A DNA stretch of 63,998 nucleotides, filler included, from Malassezia furfur (lineage: Eukaryota): the NCBI GenBank assembly GCA_052055015.1. It is 4 parts of 4 records of this genome, joined end to end, with 100 filler letters (N's around TTAATTAATTAA, not from the genome) between each part and the next. Parts side by side here need not be neighbours in the genome. Positions count along the whole stretch, not along the records: positions 17,409 to 34,688 come from JBQJIT010000228.1; 3 more parts are not named here. One strand, given 5' to 3'. Positions 22,267-33,351 of this stretch are shown piece by piece (positions within the stretch are counted from its first letter, which is position 1; every line of letters starts with the position of its first letter). Position numbers and translations under genes: made by a program. A model generated the notes under the pieces. It saw only the letters and a program-made list of their open reading frames with translations. It had not been told where the DNA came from and ran no database searches.

Positions 22267-23919
22267 CTATGTTGAGGCAGCACCCAGCGCAGAGCGTGCA
22301 AGGATCATCTCGAGCGCCCCGTTGACCTGCACAAGCTGGTTCTGCAGCCGCATTTCCTCGGCAAGCTTAGCCCAGATGCGCCCGAACAGGTCGTCAATGA
22401 TGGGCGACTGGCCAAGTACCGACGCATACGTGTCGATGACGGTGTTCAGCGTATCGCACACCAAACTGGTATACTGCGGATTCGTCGCATGACGAAGCAG
22501 GAAGCGCAGCAGTGGCTCGAGTGTGACGTCGTCACGTCCCGAGATCGCACGCCGAAGACCGTCTGCTTGCCCACTGGGCGACCGCCGGATTAGCTCCATA
22601 AGCAGCGCAAACGTGACGCTTGCCGGTACGCCATGCTGCAGACTCGCATCAAGCGCGTCGCGGTACCGGAACGCCTTGAGCAGCTGGTCGTAGCGCTTAA
22701 GACGCTGCTTGCGCCGCGACTCGGCGGCGAGCTCGTCGGCGCCCGTCGGTGCACTCGCGCGGCCTGGCGCCGAATTGGTATCGAAAAAGTGTTCGTAGGC
22801 GCCCGAACGGAATGCGTCGCGCCGGCGCTCACGACTCTGCAGCTCGGATGCCTTCAATTCGCGCTTGCGGATGCAGAGCGTGCCGTCAGCCATACCGGTA
22901 GCAATGTGGCTCTCGTCCGGAGCAACCGCCAGGCTAAGGATCGGCGCGGGGTACCGCATCGTATGCGTCACGCGATAGTCCTGGGCAGGATCGTAGACCT
23001 TGACAAGGTGGTCGAGGCCACCGCTCATCAGGCGCATGCCGCCGCTGCCCTCGCTCGACGAGGTGAATCCAGCGCCGGACTCGACGGAAAGCGCCAGACT
23101 CGTGACGGTTTTTTGGTGGTTCGAGATGGCATGCGTGCACCGCCCGCCAGAAAGCAGGTCCCACACACGCACGACGGGGCCACCGGCACTGACCGCAATG
23201 CCGCCGCCGCCCGTGGGGTATATCAAAACGTCTTCCACCGGCGCGCCATGGTCCATCTGCATTGCTTCGCCGCCACGCTCGGCCATGCGCACATCCCACA
23301 ACCGCACAGTACTGTCGTACGATCCCGACAGAATGAGGTTGTGGTTGTCGGGCGACACGGTCGCCGCACGCACATAGTCCTGGTTCCCCTCGAAGGAGCG
23401 CAGCTGACTCTGGCCCGGCACGTCCCAAACCCGCACGGTGCGGTCGTCCGACGCAGTGAGCACCTGCGTGGGATTCGGCGAGAACTTGGATACATGCACC
23501 GGAAGCTGGTGCCCCGTAAAGGCACGCAGGATAGTGCGCGAGTTGGTGTCGAAGATCTGCACCGTGCCGTTGTCCTCACCGGCGACCAGCAAACGCGCGT
23601 CCGAGCGGAAATGTGCACTGCGTGCCACATCCTTGAACCGCATGATCGTCTTCACGACACGCGACGTACGCATGCTGTAGATCTGGACACGTGTACCCGT
23701 CGTCACAGCAAAGCGGCTGCGCGAACCGGTGCTGGGGCCTTCTTCGCTTTCTCCGATGTTGCTGGGCGTGGGCACAAAACTAATGCAGGTGATGGGCGCA
23801 AACTCCTTCAGAAAGATGGGAGACTGGAACTGTTTTCGCCAGTACATCGACTCGTTCGGCTGCTGCAGCGCAGCCGAAGGCACCGCCGTCGCCGGCGCAC
23901 GCAGCGGCTGGTACTCCAT
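22267..23919 (-). CDS. UTP15: U3 snoRNP WD40 protein Utp15
   Basis: WD40 repeats, NHQKTVTSL, UTP15 C-terminal domain (ISGRDDVTLEPLLRFL). Confidence 0.92.
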   Translation of the reverse strand: MEYQPLRAPATAVPSAALQQPNESMYWRKQFQSPIFLKEFAPITCISFVPTPSNIGESEEGPSTGSRSRFAVTTGTRVQIYSMRTSRVVKTIMRFKDVARSAHFRSDARLLVAGEDNGTVQIFDTNSRTILRAFTGHQLPVHVSKFSPNPTQVLTASDDRTVRVWDVPGQSQLRSFEGNQDYVRAATVSPDNHNLILSGSYDSTVRLWDVRMAERGGEAMQMDHGAPVEDVLIYPTGGGGIAVSAGGPVVRVWDLLSGGRCTHAISNHQKTVTSLALSVESGAGFTSSSEGSGGMRLMSGGLDHLVKVYDPAQDYRVTHTMRYPAPILSLAVAPDESHIATGMADGTLCIRKRELKASELQSRERRRDAFRSGAYEHFFDTNSAPGRASAPTGADELAAESRRKQRLKRYDQLLKAFRYRDALDASLQHGVPASVTFALLMELIRRSPSGQADGLRRAISGRDDVTLEPLLRFLLRHATNPQYTSLVCDTLNTVIDTYASVLGQSPIIDDLFGRIWAKLAEEMRLQNQLVQVNGALEMILARSALGAAST

Positions 23920-23987
23920 GGTAGCGGCTGGCGAAATTTTTCGTCCACGTGATACGCCGCGAGTCTCCTCCACGCGCACCGACCAAC

Positions 23988-26103
23988 ATGGCCGACGTGG
24001 GGCACGACGACAAGTTCTTCCAGTATTCTACGGTGGAAGACTTGCGGAATGAGCTGACTGCGGACAAGAAGGGGAAAAGCCTGTCGCGGAGACGCGCGAC
24101 ACTCAAGCGTATTATTGCCAATGCGACGATGGGCAACGATATGCAGGAGTTGTTTCCCGAGGTGATCGAGTGCATGGACATTGCCGCGATCGATGTGAAG
24201 AAGATGGTTTGTACGTATCTTCGCTCACGCAGACCTTTACATTATCAACTACGGAAACTCGAACAAGGATCTGCTGCCGCTGTGCATTAAGGGCTTCTTG
24301 CGCGACTGTAGCGATCCCAACCCGCAGGTGCGCGCATTGGCGCTGCGCTCCATGTCGTATCTTCAGAGCCCCCTTGTCTTTGACGCACTTGCGCGGCCCC
24401 TGAACCATGCGATCCACGACAAGGATGCTAGTGTACGGAAGACGGCGGTGATGTGTATCGCAAAAATGCACATGTTCGACCCAGCGTTAATCGAAACGCA
24501 TGGATACGTGGATGTGCTGAAAAGCATGCTATTGGACGAGAATGTCAAAGTGGTCTCGAATGCGGTCGTTGCACTGTACGACATTGTTGAGCGCAGCGAA
24601 AAGATTGAGCTACGGATCAACCTGTCCATTGCTGAGAAGCTCGTGTCGATCTTGGGCCAATGCTCGGAATGGGGACAGACGTATATCCTCGAGATGCTCC
24701 TGTTTTATGTGCCAAACACGAGCCACCAGGCCGAAGTCATTGCAGAGGCAGTCAGTGTGCGGCTGCAACAGACCAGCGCCTCAGTGATTCTAACCTCGGT
24801 CAAGGTCATCATGTACCTGCTGAACTACATTGCCAGCGCCGAATTTCGTGCGCTGCTCTGCCGCAAGACGAGTGCGGCGCTGGTCACGTTGCTATCGGCG
24901 CCTCCACAGATTCAGTACGTGGGTCTGCGCAACATCCTGCTGGTGATCCAGCGAAGGCCTCTGGTGCTGTACCACGATGTGAAGTTGTTCTACCGAAAAC
25001 CCAAAGACCCCGGCTATGTCAAACTAACCAAACTGGAGATCATTTGCCGCTTGGTCAATGAAAGCAACGCCATGCAGGTCTTGCCGGAACTGTGCGACTA
25101 TGTGGCCGACAAAGACGCGGATTTCGCGCGCAAGGCGGTCAACAGCATTGGACGGATTGCACTCCGCCTTGAAAGCTCAGTTGATGCCTACGTGGATGCA
25201 CTGACCAAACTAGCCAAGAAAGGCGCCAACTATGTGGTACAGGAGGTGATTATTGTGGCCAAGGATTTGTTCCGCAAGTACCCAGATCAATACATGGACC
25301 TCCTCAACGTCCTGTGTTCTCGCCTCGGGGAACTGGATGAGCCGCAAGCCAAAGTGGCCATGATTTGGATTCTGGGGCAATACGCCGACCGGATTGGTAA
25401 CAGTGAGGAGCTCCTGGACGACTTCCTCTACACGTTCTTGGAAGAGCCCGTCGAGGTCCAACTGGCTCTCCTCACCGCCACCATGAAACTGTTTTTGAAA
25501 CGGCCCACGGCCGGCAGCTCCCTTGTGCCCAAGGTTTTGAAATGGGCCACGCAAGATGTGATCCACCCCGACTGCCGCGACCGAGGCTATATGTACTGGC
25601 GCCTGTTGTCCACTGATGCGGAAAAGGCGCGCAAAGTGGTTCTGGCTAGCCTGCCTATCATCGACACCCACAACGATCGCATGGACCGGAAACTTCTCGA
25701 CCAGCTCTTGCTGCAAGGAAACAGCCTTGCCTCGGTGTATTTCCGCACGCCACAGTCCTTCATCCAAGGTGGGAAAGGGCGCTACCTCACCGATTCTGCG
25801 GCGCTCGAAGCCAATGCCAAGAGCCGTGCGGGGACTCACCTGTACACCCGCCCATCGGGCAAAACCCCCGTCTCGGACCCCCACCATGTGGTGCCGCTGG
25901 CGCCCATCTCGACGTCCATGAGTATGGGCCTATCTCAAATGCTCTCGGACTCGGATTTGGTGGCGACGCCCAACGAGTCCCTCATCTCCGACCTGTCGAC
26001 GTCCGTGGCCCACGGAGACACAGAAGAGGAGCCGCTGACGAGCTCTCTGTCACAGATGCACCTGACCCACCACGATGGCCCTGCCGTGGGCGCATTGATT
26101 TGA
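23988..26103 (+). CDS. APL1: Adaptor complex beta subunit (most likely AP-2 beta, no appendage domain), intron 24211-24232
   Basis: Adaptin-N repeats: KKMVYLYI, DPNPQVRALALR, WILGQYADRI, DRGYMYWRLLS; AP-1 vs AP-2 is inferred. Confidence 0.8.
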
Positions 26104-26376
26104 TACGATCGCCCTTCCTTTTCTATTGTGAATATGTATAGCTTCCTATGTAGTTCTAGAAGGCCCTTGATGCCAAGGGTGGCCTTGAGTGAACCTTGGT
26201 GCCGCGTCCGTGCGCAGGGCAGTGTCGCTGTCTTGGCCCTGCGTGCTGAGTCAGCAAAGGCTCACGGGATCCAACACACGAGGGCCAATCAGGACTTGCC
26301 CCAACACTTGTCGTCGGGGTTGCCGCGCGCCGCGCGTTTCTTGACAAACACGGCCAGGGCCAAATAGTCGAGGACG

Positions 26377-28401
26377 ATGGTGCGCGACTACCGAGCAGTG
26401 CCCACAACGCCTCGTCGCCCGCGTGGCCGGCGTGATCAAGACTTGGCTATCGACGTGCAGCCCTCACCACAGAACCATCGCGGCGCCCTCATGCGCGGCG
26501 CACCCCAGGCCTCTCCGGAACCGCTGCGGCCCCAGGTGCCGCCGAGCGCCATGGCGTCAACGCCGACGCTGAACCGTCAGCGGAGCCGCAATGCTCCCAC
26601 ACTGTCCATTCCGGATCAGTCCTTTGCGTCGGGCAACAGCGCCTCGCCCACGTCTCACGGCACGCTCACGCCCGACGCGGAGGCACGGAAACGACCACGT
26701 CCGTATAGTGTGCGCCAGAGCGCCATGCCCCGCAAAGGCACCATTGTGCTGCATCCCATGCAAGCAGAGCCGGACGACTATCTGCACATTCCGGACAAAA
26801 ACCCCAATGCGCACGCGAGGTATCCCACTTGGCGCGGATGCATCAATGTGTTGACATTGGCGATCATTGTTGCTGCGATCATCATGCTTTTCCTTGGATA
26901 CCCCCTTGTTGCACACTTCGACCACATCTACGGAAAAGTCGACGTGAATTCTGAGCTTCAGTCAAATGCTAAGATCGACCCCATTCCCGTGCGGCCCTTG
27001 ATTGACCCTGATACGCCGCAGGAGAGCAGGACGCGGACGGGCAATCAGGATGGAAGCAAGTATAACCTCGTGTTCTCGGATGAGTTTAACACGCCGGGCC
27101 GCACCTTCTGGCCGGGTGACGATCCGTACTGGGAGGCCGTCGACATCTGGTACGGTGCGACGTTCGACTTTGAATGGTACACGCCGGAAGGTGTGAACAC
27201 TACCACGGATCAAAATGGAAATGGTGTTCTTCAGATCACCCTCGAAGAAGAAATTGAGCGCGGTCAGTATTTCCGGTCCGGTATGCTCCAGTCGTGGAAC
27301 AAGTTCTGTTTCCAGGGCGGCTTCATTGAAGCAGCTATCCAGTTTCCGGGTGGTTTCCAGACGCAAGGTTATTGGCCTGGTTTCTGGTTGATGGGCAATC
27401 TCGGTCGGCCTGGCTATTTGGCCTCGGCGGATGGCATGTGGCCCTATGTCTATGACGACTGCGACGTTGGTATTATGCCGAACCAGACATACGCCGATGG
27501 CCGCGGTCCGTACGCGGCGCTACATGGTAACAAGGGCAAACAACTGTCGAAATTGCCGGGCATGCGTTACCCATCGTGCACCTGCAAAGGCGAGGATCAC
27601 CCCGGTCCGAACAATGGCGTGGCACGCAGTGCCCCTGAAATTGACATCTGCGAATTGCAGGTGGAAACCATGGGGGATGTTCATGGCTCGTACGCTTCGC
27701 AGTCCTACCAAGTGGCGCCCTTCGACGACGGATACAATTGGCAAGCAAACTCGAGCGGATTCCACATCTACGACGATGACATTAGTGAGGCTAATGAATG
27801 GATGGGTGGTCCGACGCAAGAAGCCATGTCGACGGTGACTCGGATTGATGACACTGCCTTCGAAAATCTCGGTCAAGATGCGACATATACGATTCTGGGT
27901 GTCGAATACGAACCAGATTGGGACGGCGATCAAAGCGGCTATATCACGTTCTATGCGAATAACAAGCCGACCGTGACAATCAACTCGGGCGCCCTCAGCC
28001 CTGACTCCAAGACGATGATCGGCCAGCGTACCTTCTCGCAGGAGCCCATGAGTATCATCTTCAATCTGGGTATTGCGAGCGGTTTCCAATACGTCAGTAC
28101 GTGTCTCTTATCCTCGCACTTACACAGACTGGAACGGTGGCAAGACGCGCGGCGTCAGCTTCCCTGCCACCATGAAGGTGGATTATGTCGTACGTTGATG
28201 AAACTGACCCAGCGTGTCTATCAGCGCGACGGCGTTCCGGATTCGCGCAAGTCCTGTGATCCGCCGGACCACCCTACGGCCGACTACATTAACCGTCATT
28301 TGGATCTTTACATGAACAACAATCTGACTCGGTTCGAGCAAGGAAAGACGAATGGCAAGAGCAACCAGTGGCCCAAAAACAAATACAAAGACGGGTGTTG
28401 A
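26377..28401 (+). CDS. KRE6: Kre6/Skn1 beta-1,6-glucan synthesis protein (GH16-like), introns 28097-28127 and 28190-28212
   Basis: TM helix, LVFSDEF, SGMLQSWNKFCFQGG, APEIDICE, spliced FPATMKVDYVRVYQ. Confidence 0.92.
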   Translation: MVRDYRAVPTTPRRPRGRRDQDLAIDVQPSPQNHRGALMRGAPQASPEPLRPQVPPSAMASTPTLNRQRSRNAPTLSIPDQSFASGNSASPTSHGTLTPDAEARKRPRPYSVRQSAMPRKGTIVLHPMQAEPDDYLHIPDKNPNAHARYPTWRGCINVLTLAIIVAAIIMLFLGYPLVAHFDHIYGKVDVNSELQSNAKIDPIPVRPLIDPDTPQESRTRTGNQDGSKYNLVFSDEFNTPGRTFWPGDDPYWEAVDIWYGATFDFEWYTPEGVNTTTDQNGNGVLQITLEEEIERGQYFRSGMLQSWNKFCFQGGFIEAAIQFPGGFQTQGYWPGFWLMGNLGRPGYLASADGMWPYVYDDCDVGIMPNQTYADGRGPYAALHGNKGKQLSKLPGMRYPSCTCKGEDHPGPNNGVARSAPEIDICELQVETMGDVHGSYASQSYQVAPFDDGYNWQANSSGFHIYDDDISEANEWMGGPTQEAMSTVTRIDDTAFENLGQDATYTILGVEYEPDWDGDQSGYITFYANNKPTVTINSGALSPDSKTMIGQRTFSQEPMSIIFNLGIASGFQYVSTCLLSSHLHRLERWQDARRQLPCHHEGGLCRTLMKLTQRVYQRDGVPDSRKSCDPPDHPTADYINRHLDLYMNNNLTRFEQGKTNGKSNQWPKNKYKDGC

Positions 28402-28512
28402 TATTGTAGCATGTAGCCTGTTGGTGATTAGTCATCCAACCCCCGCACTTTTGCGAACAACCTTGTACACCGTGGAGGCGACGTGTTTGGCACTAGTGGG
28501 AGCCGTGTGAGC

Positions 28513-29700
28513 ATGTCTCCCAACGCGGGATCGTCATCAGGCGAGCCCGGCAATTCAAAGAGGCACAGCCATACACCAGAACCCAGTCCACAGCCCGCTA
28601 TACCGCGCGGCTCCCGCGAGCCATCACCTTCCATGGCGGCTCCCGCGCTTGAGAAGCTGCGGATGCATTGGACCTCGCACATGGACCAGTACAACATCCA
28701 GTCTCATCCGCAGTACGAGTCGCCTCTTCCGTACCTGATCTCGTCTCAGCTGCGCAAAGACCCGTTGCCATTGCTGCGACCACGGCCACGCCACGGCTCC
28801 CACTCGCTCCTCCGTATGATGAGCACCTCTACGTTGCCTCCTCTTGGACGGTCCCTGCCCAAAACCATATGGAAAAACAAAACTTCGCCGTACGGTCAAG
28901 ATCCCAGCTGGCGTTCCGAACAGATTTCTTTTCTTCATTCCGAGCAACAGCGGCACAGCAATGCCGGGCAGGCATTACCGGGCCCCAGTATGCGGCCGCT
29001 GCCTCGATACGGCATGAACCCATACTCACCGGGCCAAGTTCCGGGTCCGGTACCGCTCGAATCCATGGCCGCACGAAGAAGTACATCTCCAATACCGCCT
29101 GCCATTCCGCTCCGTCGTTCGGCAAGCTATGACGACAGGACTGGATCGGATACGCCCCCCAAGTACAACCCGAACGGCACGGCGGACATGAAAATGGATA
29201 TCAATACAGTGATGCGGAGCATTCCCCGAGAACTGCATCGCTTCTTTGCTCTAACCGACACCAAGGACCAGCCCCATTTGGACGAACTACGCAAGCGCAA
29301 ACGGAACCTGCAGCAACGCATCGACAGTGGCGATCCGGACGCCTTGGCCGAGCTGCGCGAGTTTCGAGCAGCAAAACGCCGGTCCAATCCCAATGGCCTG
29401 TTGAGTGAACAAGAAAAAAAGGCGAACCACATTGCTTCGGAGCAGAAACGCCGCGCGAACATTCGCAAAGGCTACGATATGCTGAGCAATGCGCTACCAA
29501 AGCTCCGCGGCCGCGGAGCGGAAAACAAGGACGAAGAATCCATGGATGCAGAGAACAAGGGGGGCGTGTTGAGCGAGCTTGCTGTGCTGGAAGAGGCGAT
29601 AGCCGTTTTGGAGGAACGGCTCGAAGAGCACCGGGAGCTGCTGGCACGCAAAGCCGAGTTGCAGACACGTATTCTTCAGTCTTATGGTGTAGCTAGATAG
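28513..29700 (+). CDS. bHLH transcription factor
   Basis: KKANHIASEQKRRANIRKGYDML basic helix, SELAVLEEAI helix 2, coiled coil. Confidence 0.85.
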   Translation: MSPNAGSSSGEPGNSKRHSHTPEPSPQPAIPRGSREPSPSMAAPALEKLRMHWTSHMDQYNIQSHPQYESPLPYLISSQLRKDPLPLLRPRPRHGSHSLLRMMSTSTLPPLGRSLPKTIWKNKTSPYGQDPSWRSEQISFLHSEQQRHSNAGQALPGPSMRPLPRYGMNPYSPGQVPGPVPLESMAARRSTSPIPPAIPLRRSASYDDRTGSDTPPKYNPNGTADMKMDINTVMRSIPRELHRFFALTDTKDQPHLDELRKRKRNLQQRIDSGDPDALAELREFRAAKRRSNPNGLLSEQEKKANHIASEQKRRANIRKGYDMLSNALPKLRGRGAENKDEESMDAENKGGVLSELAVLEEAIAVLEERLEEHRELLARKAELQTRILQSYGVAR

Positions 29701-31188
29701 GGTGGGGCGCGATACTAGCCCCAAGGATATCGGAAATGTCATCGGATACTTGCAGACCGCGCTTCTCCATGGCCTCGTCGTTTTGGAATTTAGACAGGTG
29801 ACGGGAGCCAGAGTCGCACAGGATGGTGACGACCACGGGTCGGTCCTCCATCTGCATGGCCGGAAGATTGGGGATTCCGTCCGGCAACTTCTGGTCTGCC
29901 TCTTTGCCGGATGCCTCAAGTCGTTCCGCCTTAAGCTGCAACGCGACCCGCACGGCTGCGACACAATGCACCGCCGAGGAAGAGCCAAGGAAGAGGCCGT
30001 CGTGCGATGCAATGTAGCGTGACATCCGCACTGCCTCGTCGTCCGTAACACGCACGGCATTGTTGATGTACGGAAGCCCCATCTCCAAATTGTGTGTCAG
30101 GCGGTTCAGACCGATACCCTCAACGACGCTGTCCACTTGGTGTCGCCGGCGCGTCCCCTCGGCCTCGGTGGAATTGTACAGCACGCCGTACTTGACGCGG
30201 TTGTATACGCCCGAACCTGGGGGGTCTGCGGCGATCACCAGCGGGTCCTTGCCGTTTTCTTGTTCGCCTGCTTTGCGCTTGATGTAGGCGGCGACACCTG
30301 CAATCGTACCGCCCGTCCCAGCGCCCGAAACGAAGGCGTCCAAGTTCCCGTTCGTCTGCTCCCAGATCTCCGGCCCCGTGTGGTGGTAATGTGCGTAAAA
30401 GTTGGCTTCAGTCTCGAACTGATCGGCAAAGAAGGCCCGGGCATACGGCTCATAAGCGTTCGGTGTCCATGCTTTGGCGCGAGCGCGCGCTTCATTGACA
30501 AACTGGGATGTTAGTAGGTGACGTACATGGCGCGGATCCACAATTCCGCGGGGCCGCACGGCTTCGACTTTGGCACCCAGCCGCCGGAGCAGCTGTGCCT
30601 TTTCCTCCGCGACATCATCTGGGACAATCTGTGTGAGATAGAATGCGTACGATGCAGCAGTTGTAGCCCTTTGCGCGCGCCAATGTTGCAATCGAGATTC
30701 CGGTAGACCCGACGGTCCCCTCGAAGATCCAGGAACCGACATTGGGGACGAGATCGCCGCGCTCTTCCGCTTGCTTGATGATTTCGAGTGCGACGCGGTC
30801 CTTGGGGCTGCCGCCCGGGTTCAGAAACTCGGCCTTGCCTAGAATCTCGCAGCCGGTGAGCTCTGACAGACTGTTGATGCGCATCAGCGGCGTATTGCCT
30901 GAATGAGCAAGGGCACGTACCGATCATCCCAGCAATTCCATCGACGATCTTTCCGCTCCTGCGCAGCTCCACGGGTTCAAAATGTTCGGGTGCTTCGTAC
31001 CCCACACGCCGTGCGCTCCAGCGTTTCGGAAGACGCGGGTTCCAGACCGTGTTGAGGAGGACCTTGTGCAGTTTTGCAAAAGCAAGGGACCCAAGTCCAA
31101 CAATAAGCCCACTCACGAAACCGACACCAAAAATACCATTTCGATTCAGATGCAGTCGTTCAAACAGCCGGGTCAACCAGGCCGACAT
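29693..31188 (-). CDS. Cysteine synthase-like PLP enzyme (Mcy1/Cys12 type), introns 30899-30920, 30629-30650, 30503-30526
   Basis: KAEFLNPGGSPKDRVA, EGTVGSTG, GAGTGGT, EGIG, LGSSSA; N-terminal TM. Confidence 0.9.
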
Positions 31189-31282
31189 GACCGTTGTGCC
31201 GTGCGCAGTGACGCCTACCCCGATCGGTAACCCCGATCGGCGTGGGGAACGGACAAGAAAAAAGCACGCAGCAAAAAATATG

Positions 31283-31380
31283 TTCCCAATCCGGGAGTCG
31301 AACCCGGGTCTTGTCGGCGCTTCACAGACCAAGTCCGATCTTATGAGAGCGACATATACTAACCGTTGTACTAACTAGGA
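31283..31380 (-). tRNA. tRNA-Glu(CTC) with about 26-nt intron
   Basis: Acceptor TCCTAGT/ATTGGGA, D arm, anticodon stem TGTCG/CGACA with CT-CTC-A, intron after position 37, T arm CCGGG-TTCGACT-CCCGG. Confidence 0.93.
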
Positions 31381-31405
31381 GAACCGGTTGAAGGTATGTG
31401 GTCGG

Positions 31406-33297
31406 CTAGCGTATATAACCTATAGAGTACATGTATGTTGAAGAGGAGGCCCTAGCAACGAGGGTTTGTGGGCCTACAACGAGGGTGGGAGGGACTGCGT
31501 TAGGAGGTAGGATGGTGTCGTGTATTGTCTTGGTCCCAGTGGGCCCGGTGGGCCTTGGTATGTCTGCGTCGCCCCACGCGCAATACGCCCCGCACGTTAA
31601 TTTGGTCACATTACGTACATTTACCCATTCTTTCGTGACGTCTGGCACGAGGGTCGACTGGACCAACTCTTCCAAGCGATGCACGCACCGTGTCATTGTC
31701 TCGGATAGGCCGCTTGCTTCCGTGGATTGTGATGCATCCGCTGCGAGGGAACATTGCCTGACGGGCGAGCCGTCAAGCAGCCATGCCGCGTCCCAATGCG
31801 GGGCAACGAGGAGGAGGAGCGCACATGCTGCTTCCAGCTCACACAGCGGCACATGAACCCATGCGCGCGGCGCAAGGAGCAGCGTATCGAGCCAGTTCAC
31901 GACGAGCTCTGTGTCGACCATCACTTGCTGGCAGCACAGCTCGCCCAGAAAGCGTGCTGCATCGACCAACGCCGCGTCGCGCAGCGCCGGGCGCTTTGGC
32001 TGTGCGGTGAGTGCACGGCCGCGCTCCGGGCTTGCCGTGGGCACCTGGAGCGTATGTGTAGTGCGTGTGGCGCGGGCGATCGCGTCGCGCGTCTCGTCGA
32101 AGCGCGCGCGAAGCTGGTCTTCGAGTGCGTTGCGCAGCGCCGTCGGGGTCGTGACCGGCGCCGTGCGCGCGGCGTGGGGAGTACGCCGGTGCGGCAAGAG
32201 GCGCGTGCCGCCGCGCGCCTCCTGATACTCCCATTGGTCGAGCTGAGCGATGCATGCCGCACAAAAGTGGGCGAGGATCGCCGGGCGTGCAAATGTACGC
32301 TGTCGGTCCCTGCGATCAGTGCGGCTACCTACTGCGTCGCCATGTACCACAGCGCCTGGATGATATGTGCGGCGATCTTGTCGACCATCTCGGCGCCGAG
32401 CACGCCCGACAGATGCTGTGCCCAGGCGGTGTGCGCTGCGCCCAGTGCGCCGGGCGCCAAAGGCTCGCGCGTCGCGGACGACTTGCGGAAGCTCGGCGGG
32501 CTATACGCAAACTCGGCGGGTGTGCTGGGTTTCCACGCGCGGCGAAGCAGGTGCACGACGGCGTGGGCTGTCTGGTGCGCGAGGCGCGCTGCGAGGCGCG
32601 GGCGGTGCACGAGCGCGTCGGCGTGCGCCGGCGGACACGCGAGTGCCGCAAACGCGAGGTCGAGCTGCCACTGGAGCTTGGCGAGCGCCGAGTGGTCGCG
32701 CGCGAGCAGTGTGCTCACAAAGGCAAACTGCCACTCGTGCCGGATCGGGAGGCGGTGCATTGCGTGGCCATTCTGGCGCGTATGTGCAAGGACCGACTCG
32801 ATGTCGGCCGCCGGGGGCGACACGAGGATCGACGGCGGGGACAGCGTGGGCGCCGTGCGCATCTGTGCGTCCCACATGCCGCCTGGCGTGCGTGGCGGCG
32901 TGCGGCCATGCAGCCGGGAGCGGACGGCGCCGCGAAACGGCGACGACGACGACGGCGTGCGGGGTCCGTCGGTGGCGCACGGCAGCTGCAGCCGGCGGCG
33001 TGGGACTGGGGCGTGCGGCGCGCATACGCGTGCGTGTGGGCGCACGGCGCGTGCGCAGGTGCGCTTGGGACTCGGTGCGCACGCCGGTGTCGGCGAGCTT
33101 TCGGGCGCGGCGGACGTGTAGGGCCGCTTGCGCGACGGCGCGCGCGCGAGGTCGTGCGAGCTGCTCGACGGTGTGTGGTCACTGCTGGTGCTGCTGGGCG
33201 CGTGCGCGACGCGGCGTGGGCCGTGCGGGGCGCCCGATGCGATGGGGACATGGCGCAGTGCGTGCTGTGCGGCGCGCCAGGCGGGTCGTTCCGCCAT
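31406..33297 (-). CDS. Hypothetical protein with degenerate MIF4G-like helical domain, intron 32310-32332; 3' end uncertain
   Basis: A 23-nt intron joins two long ORFs; ARFLGELC and ELEAACALLLLVA resemble MIF4G helices. Confidence 0.55.
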
Positions 33298-33351
33298 CCT
33301 ACTCCACGTGGTCGGTGGCGCGGCGCGCGGCGCGCGCGCAACGTGCACGGT

